NCBI RefSeq assembly: GCF_000012925.1
Contig: NC_007517.1
Coordinates: 1,170,001 to 1,202,000 of the forward strand
Reading direction: 5' to 3'
DNA length: 32,000 nt
DNA from: Geobacter metallireducens GS-15
Lineage (GTDB): Bacteria; Desulfobacterota; Desulfuromonadia; Geobacterales; Geobacteraceae
Part shown: positions 16,565-23,445 of the stretch, one piece after another
Layout of the letters: each line of letters opens with the position of its first letter
Position numbering within the stretch: position 1 is the first letter of the stretch
Program-made: the position numbers and the translations under genes
The notes under the pieces: generated by a model
Database searches by the model: none
Told to the model about the DNA's origin: nothing
The model's input: the letters and a program-made list of their open reading frames with translations, nothing else

Positions 16565-16582
16565 GCGAAAGGAGGGAAATGT

Positions 16583-17266
16583 ATGGATATGGCATCCACC
16601 AAAAGCCGGATGCTGCGCCTCAAGGTCTGGGGCGACAACGCCTGCTTCACTCGGCCCGAAATGAAGGTGGAGCGGGTCTCCTATGATGTCATGACCCCAT
16701 CGGCGGCGAGGGGCGTTCTGGAGGCGATTCTCTGGAAACCGGCCATCCGATGGCAGGTGGACCGGATCGACGTGCTGAAGCCGATCCGCTGGGAGTCGGT
16801 GCGGCGCAACGAAGTGGGGAGCGTCATGTCTCCACGAACTAATGGGCTGTTCATCGAGGAACAGCGCCAGCAGCGGGCCGGCCTGTTCCTGCGGGATGTC
16901 GCTTATACCATCCACGCTTGGTTCGAGATGACCGTGCCGCCAGACGAAAGGAACAACGTCATCAAGTTCCAGGAAATGTTCATCTGTCGGGCATCCAAGG
17001 GAAAATGCTTCAACCAGCCGTACCTGGGGACACGGGAGTTCTCTGCCGGCTTCGAGCTAATTCCCCACGACCAATCCCTGCCGGAGCCGATTGTCGAGAC
17101 GCGCGACCTCGGTTTCATGCTCTACGATCTCTGCCACGACACCAGCAGGGATGAGGGGCACGTCCATACCTGCACCGACGGTTGCCGCCCTTCGTTCTTC
17201 CGGGCAGCTTTGAAGGATGGCAGAATGATGGTTCCGGCCCGTGACAGCGAGGAGGTGCGGCGATGA
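16583..17266 (+). CDS. cas5: Cas5c/Cas5d (type I-C crRNA endonuclease subunit)
   Basis: MLRLKVWGDNACFTRPEMKVERVSYDVMTPSAARGVLEAILWKP is the hallmark Cas5d N-terminus. AAGGAGG RBS. Confidence 0.92.
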   Translation: MDMASTKSRMLRLKVWGDNACFTRPEMKVERVSYDVMTPSAARGVLEAILWKPAIRWQVDRIDVLKPIRWESVRRNEVGSVMSPRTNGLFIEEQRQQRAGLFLRDVAYTIHAWFEMTVPPDERNNVIKFQEMFICRASKGKCFNQPYLGTREFSAGFELIPHDQSLPEPIVETRDLGFMLYDLCHDTSRDEGHVHTCTDGCRPSFFRAALKDGRMMVPARDSEEVRR

Positions 17267-19023
17267 TACTGCAGGCGTTGCATGGCCTTTATGTTCGTAA
17301 ACAGGATGAACTGCCGCCGGAAGGATTCGAGCAAAAGGAAATCCCTTTTCTGATTGTCCTCAATGGTGACGGAACCTTCGGCGACTTTCAGGATACGAGG
17401 AACAGGTCGGGAAAGAAACTGATCGCGCGTCAGTTCAGGGTGCCCAAGGACAGCGGTAGATCGGGGAAAAACGCATGGCAGAGCGCCAACCTGCTCTGGG
17501 ACCATTACGGCTATGTCCTTTGCTGGCCCAAATCGGATTCGGATGCCGACAAGGAGATGGCGCGGAAGCAGCACGGAACATTCGTTGAGAGGGTTGGAGA
17601 GCTTGCCGCTGCGTATCCTCAAGATAAAGGCGTTCAGGCGGTCATGCGCTTTTTGAAATCCGACGAGAGAGAAAAGTTACTTGAACATCCTGCGTGGGAG
17701 GAATGTCGGAAAATTCCAGGCTGTAATCTGAGCTTCAGGTTGTCCGATGAGTTAAGCCTTGTCTGTGAAAGCGATAACGTCAGGGAATTCGTCGCGAAAT
17801 CGTCCGCACAGGACGACGATGAAGATGACTCGACAACGGGGGACGTGGAAGGGATATGCCTCGTAACCGGCGAAAGTGCCACCGTGGCTCGACTGCATCC
17901 GCGAACGCCGATCATTGGGGCGAAGAGCAACGCGAAAATTGTCTCCTTTCAGAAAAACATGGGGTTCGACTCCTATGGCCGGCAGCAAAGCTACAACGCG
18001 CCGACCAGCAAGGGCGCCGCCTTTGCCTACACCACCGCCCTTAACCATCTGCTGGCCAAGGAATCAAGACAGAAACTGCTGATTGGCAGCGACACCATGG
18101 TTTTCTGGGCTGGTGAAAAGCACCGTGTCGAAGATCTTTTCGCCGATCTTTTCGGCGAACCGGCCAAGGAAAACCTCGATCAAACAACCCAGGCGATCCG
18201 TTCCCTCTACACCGCTCCACAAGCCGGCACACCGCCCCTCGACCACGATCTCACCCCGTTCTTCGTCCTCGGCCTTGCCCCCAACGCGGCCCGCATTGCC
18301 GTCCGTTTCTGGCACGCCGGAACGGTCGGCGAAACCGCCCGCCATATTCGACAGCACTTCGATGACTGCGCCGTCGTTCACGGCCCCAATCAGCCGGAAT
18401 ACCTTTCCCTTTTCCGGTTGCTGGTTTCCACGGCAATGCAGGGGAAGTCAGAGAACATCCCACCGAATCTGGCCGGCGACCTCATGAAATCGATTCTGGC
18501 GGGAACGCCCTATCCCCAGTCTTTGCTTTCGGCGGCGATTCGGCGCTGTCGTGCCGAGCGCGAAATCACCTACCCCCGCGTGTCTGTCATAAAGGCCGTA
18601 TTGGCGCGGGGAACAAGATACTACACATCAAACGAACAGGAGGTCGGCATGGCACTCGATGTAACCAATACCAATCCGGGCTATCGGCTCGGGCGGCTTT
18701 TCGCCGTACTGGAGAAGATCCAGGAAGAGGCAAGCCCCGGCATCAATGCCACCATCCGTGACCGCTTCTACGGCGCGGCTTCGGGAACGCCGGTGGCAGC
18801 ATTCCCGCACCTGATGAAGCTGAAGAACCACCATCTGGCAAAGCTCGAAAACCGGGGCCGGGCGGTCAATCTGGAAAAGATCGTCGGCGAAATCATGGAT
18901 GGTCTTGATGATTTTCCGACTCACCTGAGTCTCCAGGACCAGGGGCGCTTTGCTGTTGGCTACTATCATCAGCGCCAGGATTTTTTCAAAAAGAACGAAA
19001 CCACAACCAACGTGAATCCATAG
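17263..19023 (+). CDS. cas8c: Cas8c (Csd1) large subunit, type I-C
   Basis: 586 aa, ATGA-coupled to cas5. The position between cas5 and cas7 and its size are typical of Csd1. N-terminus MILQALHGLY.... Confidence 0.85.
   Translation: MILQALHGLYVRKQDELPPEGFEQKEIPFLIVLNGDGTFGDFQDTRNRSGKKLIARQFRVPKDSGRSGKNAWQSANLLWDHYGYVLCWPKSDSDADKEMARKQHGTFVERVGELAAAYPQDKGVQAVMRFLKSDEREKLLEHPAWEECRKIPGCNLSFRLSDELSLVCESDNVREFVAKSSAQDDDEDDSTTGDVEGICLVTGESATVARLHPRTPIIGAKSNAKIVSFQKNMGFDSYGRQQSYNAPTSKGAAFAYTTALNHLLAKESRQKLLIGSDTMVFWAGEKHRVEDLFADLFGEPAKENLDQTTQAIRSLYTAPQAGTPPLDHDLTPFFVLGLAPNAARIAVRFWHAGTVGETARHIRQHFDDCAVVHGPNQPEYLSLFRLLVSTAMQGKSENIPPNLAGDLMKSILAGTPYPQSLLSAAIRRCRAEREITYPRVSVIKAVLARGTRYYTSNEQEVGMALDVTNTNPGYRLGRLFAVLEKIQEEASPGINATIRDRFYGAASGTPVAAFPHLMKLKNHHLAKLENRGRAVNLEKIVGEIMDGLDDFPTHLSLQDQGRFAVGYYHQRQDFFKKNETTTNVNP
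18649..19023 (+). CDS. cas11c: Candidate internally translated small subunit Cas11c (124 aa, in frame within cas8c 3' end)
   Basis: A perfect AGGAGG (18638-18643) lies 5 nt upstream of in-frame ATG 18649. The product would be the C-terminal 124 aa of Cas8c, the size range expected for a Cas11-type small subunit. Confidence 0.5.
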   Translation: MALDVTNTNPGYRLGRLFAVLEKIQEEASPGINATIRDRFYGAASGTPVAAFPHLMKLKNHHLAKLENRGRAVNLEKIVGEIMDGLDDFPTHLSLQDQGRFAVGYYHQRQDFFKKNETTTNVNP

Positions 19024-19029
19024 GAGGAG

Positions 19030-19890
19030 ATGACCATGACCATTCAGAACCGCTATGACTTTGTACTGTTTTTCGACGTGAAGGACGGCAACCCCAACGG
19101 CGACCCTGACGCCGGCAACCTTCCCCGCATTGATCCGGAAACCGGCCATGGGCTGGTGACGGACGTCTGCCTGAAGCGGAAAGTGCGGAACTACGTTCAA
19201 TTGGATAAGGAGCTGTCGCAGGGGTATGACATCTTTGTCAAAGAGAAGGCGATTCTCAACAACCTGATTGATGAGGCCCACGAACAGGAAAACGTAAAGG
19301 CAAAGGAAAAGGGTGAAAAAACCGAGGCCGCTCGGCAGTTCATGTGTGGCAAATACTTCGACGTTCGGACTTTTGGTGCGGTCATGTCCACCGGCAAGAA
19401 CGCAGGCCAGGTTCGTGGCCCGGTCCAGTTGACCTTTGCCCGCAGCGTCGACCAGATCGTGCCGCTGGAGCACAGCATCACCCGCATGGCAGTGGCAACT
19501 CCTGCCGAGGCTGAGAAGCAGGATGGGGATAACCGCACCATGGGACGCAAATTTACCGTCCCCTATGCCCTCTATCGTTGCCACGGCTTCATTTCTGCAC
19601 CGCTGGCGGCCCAGACCGGTTTCAGCGAGGAAGACCTTGAACTTTTCTGGCAGTCATTGGTCAACATGTTCGAACACGATCGCTCGGCGGCCCGCGGCCA
19701 GATGTCGGCCCGCAAGCTGATCGTCTTCAAGCATGACTCTAAAATGGGGAACGCTCCGGCACACCACCTCTTTGATCTGGTCTCTGCCGAGGCATCAGAG
19801 ACGCCAGTCCGCAGCTTCGATCAGTACGATATCTGTGTGCCCACTCAGGAGAATATGCCGACAGGTGTGACGGTCGTCGAGAAGTTGTAA
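19030..19890 (+). CDS. cas7: Cas7c (Csd2) backbone subunit, type I-C
   Basis: [49 protein letters not shown] is the conserved Csd2 N-terminus. The true start may be ATG 19036, which has better spacing to GGAGGA at 19023-19028. Confidence 0.9.
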   Translation: MTMTIQNRYDFVLFFDVKDGNPNGDPDAGNLPRIDPETGHGLVTDVCLKRKVRNYVQLDKELSQGYDIFVKEKAILNNLIDEAHEQENVKAKEKGEKTEAARQFMCGKYFDVRTFGAVMSTGKNAGQVRGPVQLTFARSVDQIVPLEHSITRMAVATPAEAEKQDGDNRTMGRKFTVPYALYRCHGFISAPLAAQTGFSEEDLELFWQSLVNMFEHDRSAARGQMSARKLIVFKHDSKMGNAPAHHLFDLVSAEASETPVRSFDQYDICVPTQENMPTGVTVVEKL

Positions 19891-19899
19891 TGTTCTCTC

Positions 19900-20011
19900 G
19901 TAGGGGCAATTCATGAATTGCCCCTACACACCTACGGACATGCTGTAAATTGCCCCTATGCATCATCGACATACCAACCAATAACCTGGGCGAACACAGA
20001 TTCGCCCCTAC
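19900..20011. repeat. REP cluster 5' of the RAYT gene
   Basis: Perfect 28-nt palindrome GTAGGGGCAATTCATGAATTGCCCCTAC (19900-19927). Half-site TAAATTGCCCCTA (19947-19958). Second-class palindrome GGGCGAA-cacaga-TTCGCCC-CTAC (19988-20011). Confidence 0.75.
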
Positions 20012-20025
20012 GAATGACGAATTGA

Positions 20026-20565
20026 ATGACCTATAATCCCGATATTCACCATCGCCGTTCCATCCGCCTGCGGGAATATGATTATTCCTCAGGCGGTGTG
20101 TATTTCGTGACGATGTGTGTCCAAGGGCGTGAATGTCTGTTCGGCGGGGTGGTCGATGGGGTCATGCAGTTGAACGAGGCGGGGCGGATGGTGGTGGGAA
20201 CATGGCACGGGTTGGCGGAGCGGTTTCCCAACATGACGACGGACGAATTCATCGTCATGCCGAACCATGTTCACGGGATCATGGTGGTTCAAGAAAATGA
20301 AATTGGTGGTGGTGTAGGGGCAATTCATGAATTGCCCCTACAGGTGGCTCGTCGAAATATGGTGATCCCGAAAATAATCGGCTATTTCAAGATGAATACC
20401 GCTAAACAGATCAACATAATGCGCGGCAGTGCAGGCATTCCCGTATGGCAGCGCAATTATTACGAACGGGTTATCCGAGATGAAAGGGAATTTACCAGCA
20501 TCCGGGAATACATCCGTTGCAATCTCCTGAAATGGGCCGATGACGAAGAAAACCCAGACCCTTAG
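20026..20565 (+). CDS. REP-associated tyrosine transposase (RAYT, IS200/IS605-like Y1 HUH family)
   Basis: HUH motif MPNHVHGIM. C-terminal WQRNYYERVIRDEREF tyrosine motif. ~180 aa and flanked by REPs. Confidence 0.8.
   Translation: MTYNPDIHHRRSIRLREYDYSSGGVYFVTMCVQGRECLFGGVVDGVMQLNEAGRMVVGTWHGLAERFPNMTTDEFIVMPNHVHGIMVVQENEIGGGVGAIHELPLQVARRNMVIPKIIGYFKMNTAKQINIMRGSAGIPVWQRNYYERVIRDEREFTSIREYIRCNLLKWADDEENPDP
20314..20341. repeat. REP palindrome embedded in frame in the RAYT coding sequence
   Basis: 28/28 identical to 19900-19927. It encodes VGAIHELPLQ between the HUH and Tyr motifs. Confidence 0.75.
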
Positions 20566-21906
20566 CAGGCCGTTGAAAAACTCCTTCATTTCCAGGGCAA
20601 TCCCCTTCAAGGAGATCATTTTAGGCCGATAGTTGCATTGATCTCGCCCTATTCGTTCTTTGAAACTTTGCTTTTTACCTTGATTTGGCCTTTTCGGGCG
20701 GGCTTTGCCACCAAGAGTCGCATTATTCCCCTGATTATGCCGTTTTCGTCCCGAGATTGCGCAGCCGGACCAGATTGTATGCCGCAATGGCCATGGTGAA
20801 GTACCAGTCGACTTTCGCTATTCCCCGATGCCGGGTCTTGCGGAGATTGCCGACAGTCTTGAGCCAGCCGAAGGCCTCTTCGATCCGCTTGCGAATCCTC
20901 AGGCTGGTTTTGTAGCCTTCGTGGCGGGTAGTCCTGCCATCGATGGCTGAGCGGCGGTTAGCGGTGTTCTGAGCAATGTGAGGGGTTACCTTGAGTGCTC
21001 GCAGATCTTTGACGCACTCTTTGGTGTCGTAGCCCTTGTCGCCGCCCATGGTGATCCGCTTGTTACCGGCGACGTCTGCGATCATCTCGACTGCGGTATC
21101 CCGCTCAGCGGTACCGGTTGCGTGGGTGATTCTGGCATCGACGATGATCCCGTTGCGGTTCTCCATGAGAGCGTGCCCGTGGTAACTGAGCTTCGCCTCT
21201 TTGCCCGAGCTTCTCCTGGCAATCCGCGCATCCGGATCGGTGGTGGAGGCATGGGTGTCGTTTTTGAGCTTTTCGCCGTGGAAATCACGCTCCGTGTTAC
21301 GACCCACTGGAGGCTTTGGTCCATCCTTGGGCCGAAAGCTCTTGATAGAAGCCCACGCCTCGATGAGGGTGCCGTCAACGCTGAAGTGCTCGTCGGACAA
21401 CAGCTTTGCCCTTCGGGCCTGCTCAACTACTTTTGCCAAGAGCAGCCGTGCCACGTCGGTATCGATCAACCGCTCCAGGTTGGTGGAAAACGAGGAGTGG
21501 TCCCAGACCTTCTCGTCCAGGGCCAATCCCACAAACCAGCGGAACAGGATGCTGTAGCTGATCTGCTCCACCAGCAGACGGTTACTCCTGATGGTGTACA
21601 GCGCCTGAAGCAGAAGTGCTTTAAGCAACTGCTCAGGAGGAATCGAGGGCCGGCCGGTGTGGGAGTACATGGCCTCGAATTGCGGGCTGAGCTCTGCAAG
21701 GGCCTTATCCACCATCGCCCTGATCGACCGCAAGGGGTGGTCCTTCGGGACGTACGACTCAGGGGAGAGATAACAGAACAGAGCTTCGGTTTTTGTCTCG
21801 GCGCCGCGCATAACTTTTCTCCTGTAAATTCAGATTGTTACGCGTAAAAATATAGCACAGTTCGCTAACTTATTGAATCAAAAAGGTTTAGTTTTTCAAC
21901 AACCTG
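20566..21906 (-). mobile_element. IS5-family insertion sequence (1341 bp) with 17-bp terminal inverted repeats and 4-bp TTAG target duplication
   Basis: Left end CAGGCCGTTGAAAAACT (20566-20582). Reverse complement of the right end CAGGTTGTTGAAAAACT (21890-21906), 15/17 identical. TTAG at 20562-20565 and 21907-21910. Confidence 0.85.
20735..21811 (-). CDS. IS5-family DDE transposase
   Basis: 358 aa. The N-terminal region (FCYLSPESYVPKDHPLRSIR...PSIPPEQLLKALLLQALYTIRSNRLLVEQISYSILFRWFVGL) is typical of IS5/IS1182-type transposases. The C-terminal part is a DDE domain. Confidence 0.9.
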   Translation of the reverse strand: MRGAETKTEALFCYLSPESYVPKDHPLRSIRAMVDKALAELSPQFEAMYSHTGRPSIPPEQLLKALLLQALYTIRSNRLLVEQISYSILFRWFVGLALDEKVWDHSSFSTNLERLIDTDVARLLLAKVVEQARRAKLLSDEHFSVDGTLIEAWASIKSFRPKDGPKPPVGRNTERDFHGEKLKNDTHASTTDPDARIARRSSGKEAKLSYHGHALMENRNGIIVDARITHATGTAERDTAVEMIADVAGNKRITMGGDKGYDTKECVKDLRALKVTPHIAQNTANRRSAIDGRTTRHEGYKTSLRIRKRIEEAFGWLKTVGNLRKTRHRGIAKVDWYFTMAIAAYNLVRLRNLGTKTA

Positions 21907-21907
21907 T

Positions 21908-21973
21908 TAGGGGCAATTCACGCATTGCCCTAATGATGACACAACGATTGGGCAATTCATGAATTGCCCCTAC
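21908..21973. repeat. REP pair 3' of the RAYT unit (separated from it by the IS)
   Basis: TAGGGGCAATTCACGCATTGCCCTA (21908-21932, degenerate) and TTGGGCAATTCATGAATTGCCCCTAC (21948-21973). Confidence 0.7.
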
Positions 21974-21983
21974 AAGGATTGTT

Positions 21984-22598
21984 ATGAACGAACCCACCGA
22001 CCCCATCATGATCTCCGCCCTGGAGCATTACAGCTACTGCCCGCGTCAGTGCGCCCTGATCCACGTGGAGCAGGTGTGGGGCGAAAATCTCTACACCATG
22101 CGCGGCCGCGACGTGCATGAGAACGTGGATATGGAGTCGTCCCATGACGTTGCGGGCATCCGCTACGAGCGGGCGCTCCCCCTCTGGTCGAAACGGCTTA
22201 ACCTTATTGGCAAGGCCGATCTGGTGGAATTTCACGGTGAAACTCCCTATCCGGTGGAGTACAAATCGGGCAGGCACCGGGACGGCCGCCATGAGGCGCT
22301 GCAACTCTGTGCCCAAGCCATCTGCCTCGAAGAGATGTTCGGGGTTGCGGTGGAGAAGGGAGCGCTCTTCTGGCATGGTTCGCGGGAGAGGAGGGAAGTT
22401 GTTTTTACCGACGTAATACGGGAGCACGTAGAGAAAGCGGCAGAAGGTGTCTTTGCACTGATTGCGCAATCCACCGTCCCGCCGCCGGTGAACGACAAGC
22501 GCTGCACCCATTGCTCACTGAAGGAATCATGTCTTCCCGCCGTCGTTGCCGAGAAGGACAGAAGCCGCAGGGTGGCGCGGGAATTGTTTGAAATTTGA
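21984..22598 (+). CDS. cas4: Cas4 RecB-like nuclease with 4-Cys cluster
   Basis: ISALEHYSYCPRQCAL at the N-terminus, central D..EYK motif (DLVEF...VEYKSG), C-terminal CTHCSLKESC. Confidence 0.88.
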   Translation: MNEPTDPIMISALEHYSYCPRQCALIHVEQVWGENLYTMRGRDVHENVDMESSHDVAGIRYERALPLWSKRLNLIGKADLVEFHGETPYPVEYKSGRHRDGRHEALQLCAQAICLEEMFGVAVEKGALFWHGSRERREVVFTDVIREHVEKAAEGVFALIAQSTVPPPVNDKRCTHCSLKESCLPAVVAEKDRSRRVARELFEI

Positions 22599-22608
22599 GG
22601 GGGGATGG

Positions 22609-23445
22609 ATGGAAACGAAGTTGGTTGTTTTTCAGAGTAAGGAGATTAGGCGCCTACTGGTGGATAATGTCTGGTTCTTTGCCGTTGTTGATGTGATAGC
22701 CGCATTGACGGACAGCGACAAGCCCCGCGACTACTGGTATCGCATGAAAAAGCGGGAACTTGATGCCAGTGGAATCGAGTTGTCGACATTTTGTCGACAA
22801 CTGAAACTGGAGTCTTCGGATGGGAAAAAATATCTGACGGAGATGGCCAGCACCGAAGGCCTTTTCCGCATCATCCAGTCCATCCCGTCTCCCAAGGCCG
22901 AGCCCTTCAAACGCTGGCTGGCAAAGGTTGGCTACGAGCGGGTCCAGGAGATCGAAGACCCCGAACTGGCCACGAAGCGCATCCGCGAGTTGTACAAGGC
23001 CAAGGGATATTCAGAAGCCTGGGTCGAGAAGCGGATGCGTGGCATCGCCATTCGGGCGGAGCTGACGGAGGAGTGGAAAAACCGGGGAGTGAAGGGGGAG
23101 CCTGAGTACGCCATCCTTACCGCCGAAATCTCCAAGGCCGCCTTCGGCATGACCCCCGGCGAGTACAAGCAGTTCAAGGGGCTCGGACGTGAGAACCTGC
23201 GGGACCACATGACCGACCTGGAGCTGATCTTCTCGATGCTGGGGGAGGCGGCCACGACGGAGATTGCACGCAAGCAGGATGCTCAAGGCTTTCCCGAAAA
23301 CAAGGTGGCGGCCCACAAGGGGGGGCGGATTGCCGGCGAGGCACGGGAAAAGCTGGAGGTGGAAACCGGCGAACGGGTGGTGACGTCAGAAAATTTCCTG
23401 GTGGAACCAGAAAGTCGCAAGCGGCTGAAAGGGAAAAAGCCATGA
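22609..23445 (+). CDS. Bro-N domain / DinD-like (antirepressor-type) protein inserted between cas4 and cas1
   Basis: N-terminus VVFQSKEIRRLLVDNVWFFAVVDVIAALTDSDKPRDYWYRMK fits the Bro-N pattern (F..g..iR....g..WF.a.Dv..aL). ATG 22609 is preferred over 22546 (GAGGGGGG RBS, begins 10 nt after the cas4 stop). Its stop overlaps the cas1 ATG (ATGA). Confidence 0.8.
   Translation: METKLVVFQSKEIRRLLVDNVWFFAVVDVIAALTDSDKPRDYWYRMKKRELDASGIELSTFCRQLKLESSDGKKYLTEMASTEGLFRIIQSIPSPKAEPFKRWLAKVGYERVQEIEDPELATKRIRELYKAKGYSEAWVEKRMRGIAIRAELTEEWKNRGVKGEPEYAILTAEISKAAFGMTPGEYKQFKGLGRENLRDHMTDLELIFSMLGEAATTEIARKQDAQGFPENKVAAHKGGRIAGEAREKLEVETGERVVTSENFLVEPESRKRLKGKKP

Noticed and set aside
16435-16582. Search for a CreT-like toxin (small ORF or RNA with a strong RBS and rare-codon run) next to the psi-array.
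   Set aside because: The only RBS and ATG in the interval belong to cas5, and there is no separate small ORF or tandem rare codons. The element is therefore interpreted as a regulator-type (CreR-like) RNA, not a toxin-antitoxin pair.
22546-22608. Earlier start for the Bro-N gene (MPRRTEAAGW...).
   Set aside because: It would overlap the cas4 3' end by 53 nt with no RBS. ATG 22609 has a GAGGGGGG RBS and starts the Bro-N domain directly.
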